Source of the DNA: Pseudomonadota bacterium
Lineage (GTDB): Bacteria > Bdellovibrionota_B > Oligoflexia > Oligoflexales > RGVZ01
Reading direction: 5' to 3'
NCBI GenBank assembly: GCA_041178085.1
Contig: JBEGVZ010000102.1
Location: 1-41,895, forward strand
DNA: 41,895 bases
Made by a program: the position numbers and the translations under genes. Of the stretch, positions 17,732 through 25,975 are shown piece after piece. Under the pieces are notes generated by a model, which was not told where the DNA came from, made no database searches, and saw only the letters and a program-made list of their open reading frames with translations. Every line of letters starts with the position of its first letter. Position 1 is the first letter of the stretch.

Positions 17732-18390
17732 GTCGACGCCGAAAAAAGCCACGAACGCTCGATGTGACAAGGTTCATGAGCAGGCCCTCGAACCGTCTTC
17801 AGCTGCCAGCCGCGCATCTCTGCCACACAATTGATGCGCACGCGCGCCCATATGTTGCCGCGCCGCCCGCTGAGCAGGAAGTCTTGCAAAACCATGACGT
17901 GCACATCCAAGGTACGCGCCTGCCTTGCAAGAAATGCCCAGTCATCAGCACCCAGATGCTTTGGACAGTCGATCACGATCAAGTCAAACAATCGTTCCAG
18001 AAACACTGGCTTCAACATTTCGACCGGCCTTCCCGACTGGACGAAGCGAAGCCGCCCAAGATCCACACCGCGTGCGCTCCATGCGGGCGGGTAAACGTCG
18101 AGCGACTCGTTGCCATTCACCCACAACACCAGCTGATGCCGCAACGTCGCCTGCGCGACAATCGAAAGCGCCAGCTCGCGCGCACCATGTCCAGCTGGCA
18201 TGCCCCACTCACTCACTGATCCCGGCACCAGCGCGCCATCCAAAAAGCGGTTGAGCTGCGGACATGTGCTGCCGTGGCCACCTGCTGCCTGATCATCCGC
18301 CAGCTGCATGGACGCACCGGTTTGCACTCCACGCATGCCGAGGATTTCTGCCAGTTTTTCAGGGATTGGATTGACTGCACTGGTTACCAT
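17728..18390 (-). CDS. imuA: ImuA-like RecA-fold protein
   Basis: LNRFLDGAL..G..SEW, degenerate Walker A (GMPAGHGARE), YPPAW..RGVDLGRL and FDLIVID. Immediately downstream of lexA. Confidence 0.82.
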   Translation of the reverse strand: MVTSAVNPIPEKLAEILGMRGVQTGASMQLADDQAAGGHGSTCPQLNRFLDGALVPGSVSEWGMPAGHGARELALSIVAQATLRHQLVLWVNGNESLDVYPPAWSARGVDLGRLRFVQSGRPVEMLKPVFLERLFDLIVIDCPKHLGADDWAFLARQARTLDVHVMVLQDFLLSGRRGNIWARVRINCVAEMRGWQLKTVRGPAHEPCHIERSWLFSAST

Positions 18391-18407
18391 ATTTTATTAT
18401 GGTAACA
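18383..18407 (-). promoter_or_regulatory. Palindromic operator GTTACCATA-N6-TATGGTAAC over an extended -10 (TGtTACCAT) and the imuA start
   Basis: Perfect 9-bp inverted repeat at 18383-18391 and 18398-18406, with the same core as the site at 17691-17708. Confidence 0.7.
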
Positions 18408-18466
18408 CGATTGTCAGGGAAGTGACACTGCGTCCTTCTGAGGCCCCAGGCCGAAGAACTCCGGGC

Positions 18467-19117
18467 TCAAAGGTGGCGTTGTAACGCAACAACCTGTCCG
18501 ATGACCTCGAACGGTTTTTCTGCCGCGTAAATCGGCTTGAAAGTCGCATTCTCTGGCTTTAGGTACCAGCCACGGGACTTGTCGCGCATCAGACGCTTCA
18601 CCGTCGCGTCGCCAGAATCCGTGCGCGCCACAACGATCGAGCCTGCTGAAGCGTTCTTGCACCCACGAACCACCAGCCAGTCTCCATCGAGGATGCCGGC
18701 CTCGACCATGCTGTTGCCACTCGCCCGCAAAGCAAACAACTCACGCGGGGATGGGATGTTCTTCCCAAACATGGAAGTCGACATGCGCAGGGTTCCCACC
18801 CGCTCTTCGACCGCCTCCAGCGGATTGCCGGCCGGCACCGCGCCAAGGCACGGTACCACCAGCGTCTCCGGGGTGGATTCAAGCACGGGATCGCGCAATG
18901 CCTCGCGCGTCACCGTCAGGTTGCGCGCAGCTTGCTTGTCAGGACTTGCCAGATAACCCTTGCGACGCAGGGCATTGACAAGGTCCTGGGCCGATCCGAT
19001 GGCCGAATAGCCCATGTACTCGCAAAGTTCGCGCAAGCTCGGCGGAACGCCGTTGCGGTGAGTGGCCTCGCGGATGAACGAGAGGGCCTTGCTCTGAGTT
19101 GATGTGAGCTTGTCCAT
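18467..19117 (-). CDS. lexA: SOS repressor LexA
   Basis: Winged HTH (PPSLREL...LRRKGYL), Ala-Gly cleavage site VPAGNP, catalytic Ser GNSM and Lys TVKR. ATG 19117 has an AGAGGGGG RBS. Confidence 0.95.
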   Translation of the reverse strand: MDKLTSTQSKALSFIREATHRNGVPPSLRELCEYMGYSAIGSAQDLVNALRRKGYLASPDKQAARNLTVTREALRDPVLESTPETLVVPCLGAVPAGNPLEAVEERVGTLRMSTSMFGKNIPSPRELFALRASGNSMVEAGILDGDWLVVRGCKNASAGSIVVARTDSGDATVKRLMRDKSRGWYLKPENATFKPIYAAEKPFEVIGQVVALQRHL

Positions 19118-19196
19118 GATCACCCCCTCTTGATGTTGTAAACCGGCGAGCAGATGAAAGGCAAGCCATCAAGATTTGGCTGATGCACGATCGACG

Positions 19197-19580
19197 TCAG
19201 GGAACGGCGACCGCGCCCTTGTTTGCCGACTCACGCTTGATGGTCATCACACCCTTCTTTTCGGCACCCATCTTGCGATAGCGGAAAGGGAAAGTTGCCG
19301 TCATCGTCTTCTTGAATACCTGCACCACGCCGCCAATGGAGCTGTCGGACTCGGGCTTTTCCTCAACCGAGATTTTGAGCTCGTCCGGATTTACTTCAAC
19401 ACCGAGTCCCTTGATCCGTTGCAGAACGAGCTGTTTCGTCGCCTCATCATCCCGCACTGCAGGATCCATTGCGTTCCAGACTGCATGCCGCAGGCGACGC
19501 TCGGTGAAGTAGACATCCGCAGTCCGGTACATGAAAGCGGCAACCAGAGCTGCCACCAACAGTGTCACGTATTTGGCCAC
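19197..19580 (-). CDS. Small single-TM hypothetical protein (pilin-like/DUF4845-like architecture)
   Basis: N-terminal hydrophobic helix YVTLLVAALVAAFMY. GTG 19580 lies 7 nt after AGGAG. Confidence 0.55.
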   Translation of the reverse strand: MAKYVTLLVAALVAAFMYRTADVYFTERRLRHAVWNAMDPAVRDDEATKQLVLQRIKGLGVEVNPDELKISVEEKPESDSSIGGVVQVFKKTMTATFPFRYRKMGAEKKGVMTIKRESANKGAVAVP

Positions 19581-19593
19581 AAACAATCTCCTG

Positions 19594-20967
19594 TCATGAT
19601 TTCAATGCCCTGATCCGCTCAATCATGGGCGGATGGGAATAATACCACGCCGAATAGAGCCCGTGAGCAAACGGCATGGAACTGCTTTTTTCACGCAAGA
19701 CGCGCAATGCGTCAATCAGATCCCCCCCTGAACCAAGGGCATTTCGCGCGAAACGATCCGCCTCGAACTCGTGCCGGCGTGAAATCCAGGTGGCCAGCGG
19801 CTGGAACCAGAACGAGACCAGTCCCAACCATGCGGGAAAGACAACCAGAGCAGCATGCGCGCTGAAACCACTGAAACGAAACGCTTCGTAAAACTGCCGG
19901 TAAGGCATCAACATGCCCAGCACATAGAACATCACAAACGAAGACAGGATCGAGCGGATCAAACCCTTGCGCACGTGGTGTAGCTTGAAATGACCAAGCT
20001 CGTGAGCCAGGACTGCAATCACCTGCGGCGCGGACAAATCCTTCACCAGGGTGTCAAACAGGACGATGCGCTTCTTGCCGAAAACACCGGTGAAGTATGC
20101 ATTGCCATGAGAGCTGCGCCGCGAGGCGTCCATGACGAAAATCCCGTTGGTCCCAAAGCCAATCTTCTCCGCCAGGCGATCAATTCCCTCGCGCAGGGGC
20201 CCGGCCTCAAGGGTGTGGAATTTGTTGAATAGCGGGGCAATCAATACCGGGTATGCCCACGAAACCAGCAAACTGAACCCAGTCACTGCGACAAAAGCAT
20301 ACAACCACCAGAGCGGTCCCGCACGGAGGATGAAATAAACCAGTAAAGCGAGGATCGCTCCGCCCAGGACACTACCAATCAAGACGCCCTTGGCCAGGTC
20401 GGCAAAAAAACCACGCGGTGTCTGGCGATTGAAACCGTGGCGTTCCTCAATGTGGAACACCCGGTACCAGCCCCAGGGCAGCCCGACAATCATGCGCATC
20501 AGCCCCAGCAGGGCAAAGAAAATCAATGCGTGCATCACGGGCCCAGACACACTTTCGGGCAGGAACTTCAAACAATCACCCGCAATACGATCGGTCCAGC
20601 CAAAACCGCCGACGGCGAGAAAGCCAACAAACACCCACAAGTCCACAGCAGCCTGGACGCGATCGAATTTGAAGCGGTCCTCCGCATACGCAAGCGACTT
20701 TGACATGTCTTCATCGGTCACACCGAGGGCCTCGCGGGCCTCTTTCTGGCGGACAGGATCATGCCAGGCCTGCCGGTTGATGCGGCTCAACCAGCTTTCA
20801 ACGAGGTACTGCACCACCGTGGCGACAGTGAAAGCGGTAAAAAGGGTTTGTGCAGGAGGAACCGGAATCAGGAAACTGGCAGGCCAGGAAAATCCAAGGT
20901 CATTCACGCATTTGCTCCGGAGGTTCTCCGGAGTCTGGCATCGTTGCCGTGATCCGGACTTGTTCAT
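19594..20967 (-). CDS. M48 family membrane zinc metallopeptidase (Ste24/CAAX protease type)
   Basis: IEERHGFN, PLFNKF..L, DASRRSSHGNAYFTG, HELGH, EFEAD and YYSHPP..ERI motifs. Start codon uncertain. Confidence 0.92.
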   Translation of the reverse strand: MNKSGSRQRCQTPENLRSKCVNDLGFSWPASFLIPVPPAQTLFTAFTVATVVQYLVESWLSRINRQAWHDPVRQKEAREALGVTDEDMSKSLAYAEDRFKFDRVQAAVDLWVFVGFLAVGGFGWTDRIAGDCLKFLPESVSGPVMHALIFFALLGLMRMIVGLPWGWYRVFHIEERHGFNRQTPRGFFADLAKGVLIGSVLGGAILALLVYFILRAGPLWWLYAFVAVTGFSLLVSWAYPVLIAPLFNKFHTLEAGPLREGIDRLAEKIGFGTNGIFVMDASRRSSHGNAYFTGVFGKKRIVLFDTLVKDLSAPQVIAVLAHELGHFKLHHVRKGLIRSILSSFVMFYVLGMLMPYRQFYEAFRFSGFSAHAALVVFPAWLGLVSFWFQPLATWISRRHEFEADRFARNALGSGGDLIDALRVLREKSSSMPFAHGLYSAWYYSHPPMIERIRALKS

Positions 20968-21183
20968 GCTTGATCCTGGCTATGTATATCTTGCAGCAGG
21001 TTTTGCAGGCAAGGATGGGATGCCCGTAACCAACATAGCGAGGATGCATGAAACAAACGAGGATCGACACGACAACCACCTGGAAAAAGGGACGATCACG
21101 ACAGCAGCCGGAATGCCTGCGAATTGCGTGCCACCTCAGTAAGCAGGTAATTTGCGCTTAAATACCTGTAATTAATGGAAATT

Positions 21184-21684
21184 TTAAGGCCTGGGACTGG
21201 CAGCATTGTTCATCTGTTTGACACCGGCAGAGTCGGTGGCCACCGCGGTCCGGGTCGACTTGGCACTGCGCTCCTGCATGGCACTGGCAGCCAGCAGGTA
21301 ACTGTTCCCTGCCTGTTCCCACATCCTGTGGCGGGCGTAAACTTCTGCGGCCCGGTGATAACGCTTGCGGCGCAGGAACACGGCTGCCGCCTCATGGACC
21401 ATTCCGCCGCGTTCAAGGACCGCTGCAGCCTCGCGGTTCAACCCCAGCTCCTCAAGGACTTTGGCTCCGTCCACAATGCGGTTCTCTCGAACCAGGACCA
21501 AAGCGCGCTCGTAGAGCTTGCGATCCTCACTGACAGGGGGCACAAAGCGCTCCACTGCGTTTATGAGACTCGCGCTGCGCTTGCGCCAACGGTTGGCAGT
21601 CCCCAGGGAAAAGTTCCACAGGAAACCCACTGTGCCTATGACAATGCAGGCGACGGCAATGCCCATGGCGATATCAGCCAGCAT
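21184..21684 (-). CDS. Membrane-anchored protein with short TPR/helical repeats
   Basis: N-terminal TM, then repeated EAAAVLE/EAAAVFL/RAAEVYA helices. Confidence 0.6.
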   Translation of the reverse strand: MLADIAMGIAVACIVIGTVGFLWNFSLGTANRWRKRSASLINAVERFVPPVSEDRKLYERALVLVRENRIVDGAKVLEELGLNREAAAVLERGGMVHEAAAVFLRRKRYHRAAEVYARHRMWEQAGNSYLLAASAMQERSAKSTRTAVATDSAGVKQMNNAASPRP

Positions 21685-21695
21685 TTCTGGTCACC

Positions 21696-22304
21696 TCACA
21701 GTTGGTAAGTGATGCCAAGCTGGGAATAGGTGTCGAGGATGCCTTCCTGGATTCCACCCGGCTCCTGCCGGACGCCCGGTGACACCATATAGGAAAGCTT
21801 GAGGGAGAAACTCCGGCTGAGCCTGACGCCGACACCACCACCAAGATTGGGAACGGGCGGCAACGTGATCCTGGACGATTCGGTGCCATCAATTGACGAC
21901 ATTTCGCTGCTGTAAGATTTTACCACCGCACCCGCTGAAAGGTAGGGAATGAACAAATCCCCTGCGTAAAGGATGATGTTCAAGTCGACCGAATTCGAGA
22001 CGACTTTCGTCTGCGAAAGAAATTCAGAATACAACGAAGGATCATTGGTCGACGCCTTGTAACCGTAGTTGTTGCTGAATTCCTGACGGTGGGTGTATCC
22101 GACCCGGAAATATTCACCGACATCAACGGCAACGGAAGCACTGCCGGCGCGGGAGACATAAGTCTGGTATGGCACGTTGTTTTGCGACTGCGATCCGCCA
22201 AGGGTGAAATAGACCACACCGAACGCCGACTGGCTTGCGACCAGGATGCCGGCCAGGATCGCGAACAAACCACCGCCAAGGCAGCGAGGGGAAAATTTAA
22301 GCAT
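21696..22304 (-). CDS. Outer-membrane beta-barrel protein (small, OmpW/OmpA-like)
   Basis: Signal peptide from MLKFS (ATG 22304, AAGGAG RBS), amphipathic strands, PYLSAG and a terminal strand SQLGITYQL. Confidence 0.72.
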   Translation of the reverse strand: MLKFSPRCLGGGLFAILAGILVASQSAFGVVYFTLGGSQSQNNVPYQTYVSRAGSASVAVDVGEYFRVGYTHRQEFSNNYGYKASTNDPSLYSEFLSQTKVVSNSVDLNIILYAGDLFIPYLSAGAVVKSYSSEMSSIDGTESSRITLPPVPNLGGGVGVRLSRSFSLKLSYMVSPGVRQEPGGIQEGILDTYSQLGITYQL

Positions 22305-22394
22305 GATCGAAGTCTCCTTTGTCTTGTAGTATAGCACTGCCAGACCGCGCTTTCGTCCAGAGGGCTTGCATGGCGCGGGACACAGGAGACTTTC

Positions 22395-22847
22395 ATGCCA
22401 GAAAACCCGTTTCGCCAATCCGTGGTTGGCGTTTTCATAAATGACGAAGGAAAAGTCCTTCTTGGCGAACGTTCAGATGCGCCGGGTGCGTGGCAGCTTC
22501 CGCAAGGCGGGGTTGACCCGGGGGAAAGTCACGATCAGGCGATCGTACGGGAAATGCGCGAAGAACTCGGGGTAAACGGCTTCGACATCATTCGCCGCGC
22601 CACTGAAATGTGTAGTTATGAATTTCCGCCAACACTTCCCGCAGGCATCGCAAAAAATTTCCGTGGTCAGGAGCAACAATGGTATCTCTTGCGCTTTCAG
22701 GATCATAAATTCCCTGACCTGGCTGCGGCTGATGGGGAATTCCGCGCGGTCGCATGGCAGCCCGTCACCGCAGCCATCGATGGCGTCATAGAGTGGAAGC
22801 GGGATTGCTACCGCAAAGGTTTTCGATTGCTGGGATTGTGGAAGTAG
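22395..22847 (+). CDS. rppH: RNA pyrophosphohydrolase RppH (Nudix)
   Basis: WQLPQGGVDPGE...REMREELG Nudix box plus the RppH motifs FRGQEQQWYLL and EF..W. Confidence 0.85.
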   Translation: MPENPFRQSVVGVFINDEGKVLLGERSDAPGAWQLPQGGVDPGESHDQAIVREMREELGVNGFDIIRRATEMCSYEFPPTLPAGIAKNFRGQEQQWYLLRFQDHKFPDLAAADGEFRAVAWQPVTAAIDGVIEWKRDCYRKGFRLLGLWK

Positions 22848-22908
22848 CCGCCGGTGAACCGGCTCACAGCCTGACGTGCATGAGCCTATTTTTTTTCGGA
22901 GGAATTGA

Positions 22909-23352
22909 ATGCCCCGGATTGCATTGTGGAACATGTTTTTCGGATTTTTGGTGGTTTGCATTGCAGCAGCTGCCGGACCCGTCATCGCCAACGAACTCAC
23001 CAATTCATTCATGACCCAGCTGGAGACCGGGACTGCCGCGGGGCGTGACTGGATGCTCACACTCCAATCCAGTGCGCACGGACACATGAACCTGTTTGGC
23101 ATCCTGCATGTGATTACCGGAGTGACCATGCCCCATGCGCGGCAATCCCATCGAATCCGTTTGATTGTGACTTCAGGGCTTTCTGCCGGGGTCGTCGCCA
23201 TGGGTCCACTCATGCTCTGGCGCAGTTACTTGCAACCCGCACGCAACATCGACGCCAGTGGAATTGCGATTGGCGTCTGCCTGGTCGCTGCGCTGCTGGC
23301 GCTGGTGACCCATGCAGCCTGCCTGTGGCAGGCGTTTGCCCGCCGGAGCTGA
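22909..23352 (+). CDS. Four-TM membrane protein with an SAHGHMNL motif
   Basis: Four hydrophobic segments, GGAGG RBS, 3 nt from the downstream gene. Confidence 0.65.
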   Translation: MPRIALWNMFFGFLVVCIAAAAGPVIANELTNSFMTQLETGTAAGRDWMLTLQSSAHGHMNLFGILHVITGVTMPHARQSHRIRLIVTSGLSAGVVAMGPLMLWRSYLQPARNIDASGIAIGVCLVAALLALVTHAACLWQAFARRS

Positions 23353-23355
23353 GCC

Positions 23356-24123
23356 ATGAGGGTTGTTTCGCTGGTGCCAAGCACAACCCACACGGTCGCT
23401 GCCCTGGGTGCGGCCGAACTTCTCGTCGGCTGCACAACGTTTTGTATCGATCCACCTGGACTGGCACGCAAAATCAAAATCATCGGCGGCACCAAGGATC
23501 CGGACCTTGAGGCTATCTCTTTGCTGCGCCCCGACCTGATTCTCTGCAATACCGAGGAAAACCGCCGCGAGGACATTGCCAACTGCCGGGCCATTGCCCC
23601 GGTGCTTGAAGCTTTTCCGAGGTCACCCCTTGAGGTCCCCGGAATGATCGAGGAACTGGGCATGCACATTGCCCGGCCTGCTGAAGGGGCTGCGATGGCG
23701 AACCGGATCCGTGTCCGATTGGAACAGCTCCAGGAAGTTGCAGCGCTGCAAAAGATGCGGCGGAGCTTCATTTACCTGATCTGGCGCAGTCCGTGGATGT
23801 GCGCGGGCAAGGATACTTACATCAGTTCATTTCTTGAATTGGCCGGGCTCAGAAATGCAATCACGGCGCCCATGTACCCAGTCATTGAAACTCCCGCCAA
23901 ACTCAATACGGAACCAGATATGGTCCTGTTCAGCACGGAACCATGGCCGTTCCGGAAGCGCGATGTCGATGCATGGCAGGCTGACGGCGGCTCTGGCAAA
24001 TCCCTTTTCAAGATCGACGGCAAGGCACTGTCCTGGCATGGCGCGGAAACAGAAAAAGCCGCAACATCGTTGCGGCTTTGGATCGAAGGAAACGCAGACC
24101 CCGGATTTGTCCGTCCGTTCTGA
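23356..24123 (+). CDS. Helical-backbone metal receptor (BtuF/TroA-like), no signal peptide
   Basis: MRVVSLVPSTT, GGTKDPD, PDLILCNTEEN, YLIW..PWM, STEPWPF and IDG...SWHG motifs. Confidence 0.85.
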   Translation: MRVVSLVPSTTHTVAALGAAELLVGCTTFCIDPPGLARKIKIIGGTKDPDLEAISLLRPDLILCNTEENRREDIANCRAIAPVLEAFPRSPLEVPGMIEELGMHIARPAEGAAMANRIRVRLEQLQEVAALQKMRRSFIYLIWRSPWMCAGKDTYISSFLELAGLRNAITAPMYPVIETPAKLNTEPDMVLFSTEPWPFRKRDVDAWQADGGSGKSLFKIDGKALSWHGAETEKAATSLRLWIEGNADPGFVRPF

Positions 24124-24708
24124 TCAACCTGCCTGGCTCAGGGACACACCAGCCAGATGATCACGCAACTTCTGTTCAAGCTCTGGACCCATGGCCGTCT
24201 TGGCCGCACGCCGCGGGGAAATCTCCCCCCGGAGCAGGGCGCGGAAATTCTTGCGATCGCGCATGATCGCAGACATTTCCTTGAAAGACTCTCGCAGTTT
24301 CATGCCCTTGTCGATGTAGATACGGAAGTCATCCGCGTTGAACGGCTTGCGCAGGTATCCGTCCGCGTCCTCCTGGCAAGCAAGTAGCTGGGCGTCATCG
24401 AGCAACGCCCCACTGACCACCATGACAGGGATCGACGGGTCAAAACGCCTGATCTTAGCCATCAGTTCGATGCCGTCAACTTTGGGCATCCTGATGTCGG
24501 TCAGGACAAGGTCAATTACCTTTTCCTTGAGCTGCGCCATGGCATCTTTCGCACTTTCGACAACAATCACGTGCGAGAAGAACTTGTTCAGGTGGATCTT
24601 GTAGAACTTGAGGTAGGACTCGTCGTCATCCACGACCAGGACAAAGCTGTCGCGATCGTAAGGGCGCCGGACTTGTGGCTTTGAGATGCTTGTTTTCTTC
24701 AGACGCAT
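24124..24708 (-). CDS. Response regulator (receiver domain with short C-terminal extension)
   Basis: VLVVDDD, phosphoacceptor LTDIRMP, SG and KPF motifs. Confidence 0.9.
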   Translation of the reverse strand: MRLKKTSISKPQVRRPYDRDSFVLVVDDDESYLKFYKIHLNKFFSHVIVVESAKDAMAQLKEKVIDLVLTDIRMPKVDGIELMAKIRRFDPSIPVMVVSGALLDDAQLLACQEDADGYLRKPFNADDFRIYIDKGMKLRESFKEMSAIMRDRKNFRALLRGEISPRRAAKTAMGPELEQKLRDHLAGVSLSQAG

Positions 24709-24765
24709 GGTTCAAACCTCATAGCGCTTGTTTTTGGCCATATGCCATTCCACTGGCCAGTGATT

Positions 24766-25953
24766 TCACATCATTGATTTCAAATCACCCAGATATCCCT
24801 CTGCACTCGCACGAATCGACTTCGGCGCATGAACCATGCTCGCAACTTCCTCGAACAGACGCACGGCGACTTCGGGACGGTTCAGATCCAAAGCATTCAA
24901 GACCCCAAGGTTGAAGCGGGCACTCGCATTGACCGGGTCGACTTCGAGCACGCGCTCAAAGGCCGCGCGGGCTAGTTCAGCGCGTCCAGTACGCCGGTAA
25001 ACCACGCCGCGTGCGATCAGGGCGTCCGGGTTGGCAGGATCGATCGCGATGGCGCGGTTGAGATCTTCCTCTGCAGCTGACATTTCGTTTTCCCGGATCG
25101 CGATATTCGCACGGTTAACGAGTGCCTGCCCATAGGTCGGGGCCATTTCAATGGCGCGGCTGAAATGGCCTGCAGCCGCCTTGAAATCCTTGCGGGAAAA
25201 AGCAACGGCACCCATCAGATTTTCCAGAGATGCGTCATCCTTGCCCCGGTCCATGGCGCGCTTGACGACAAATTCCGCAATCTGCGGCCGCCCCTCACGC
25301 AAGTAACTGTCCGCAAGGGCAACATAAGCAGGCGTGAAGTCTGGATAACGGACGATCATGTCCGAAAGGATCGTGCGCGCTTCCCCGCCCCGACCGGTCA
25401 GGAAGTAGCCTTGCGCCAGCAGAAAGCGGTAGCGCATCACTTGCACCGGGTTGGCTGCGGCCTTGTCGGCGATGGAATCATTGATCTCACCAAGCACTTC
25501 GAACAACCGCGAAGCATCTCTGGTCCGCGCGTACACTCCGGCCAGATCGAGCCAGGCCTCATCATTGACTGGCTGCAAACGGAGGGCCTCGCGCAAAGAC
25601 GCCTCACCCTCATTGACCTTGCCAAGGGCAATCTGGCCTCGCGCACGGGCCAGGACCTCACTCGGCGATTTGGAATCCGACCAGCGTTCCACGCGCCGGG
25701 CCAGCTCACTGCGCTCCTGCTGCGTTGGTGGTCGCTGGAAGTATTGACGCCAGTCGACGGCGGCTGCCGCTTCATTAGTGGCACCGATCACAGGCAGCTG
25801 TTCAGCACCTGCTGGAGCCTGCGCAATGTCAAGATCACGCGCGGGCTGCTTCGTGACTGGAGCACCTCCAGAAGTCACGCACCCGGAGCCTCCGATCAGG
25901 AGAGCAAAGGGAACCAGCAATGTTGAAATATTTCGCATTTGCAAATTCCTCAT
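24766..25953 (-). CDS. TPR-repeat lipoprotein
   Basis: Lipobox GSGC followed by many canonical TPRs (ALVNRANI, ARFNLGVL). Confidence 0.85.
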   Translation of the reverse strand: MRNLQMRNISTLLVPFALLIGGSGCVTSGGAPVTKQPARDLDIAQAPAGAEQLPVIGATNEAAAAVDWRQYFQRPPTQQERSELARRVERWSDSKSPSEVLARARGQIALGKVNEGEASLREALRLQPVNDEAWLDLAGVYARTRDASRLFEVLGEINDSIADKAAANPVQVMRYRFLLAQGYFLTGRGGEARTILSDMIVRYPDFTPAYVALADSYLREGRPQIAEFVVKRAMDRGKDDASLENLMGAVAFSRKDFKAAAGHFSRAIEMAPTYGQALVNRANIAIRENEMSAAEEDLNRAIAIDPANPDALIARGVVYRRTGRAELARAAFERVLEVDPVNASARFNLGVLNALDLNRPEVAVRLFEEVASMVHAPKSIRASAEGYLGDLKSMM

Positions 25954-25975
25954 TGGATATCCTCCACTGCCAGCG

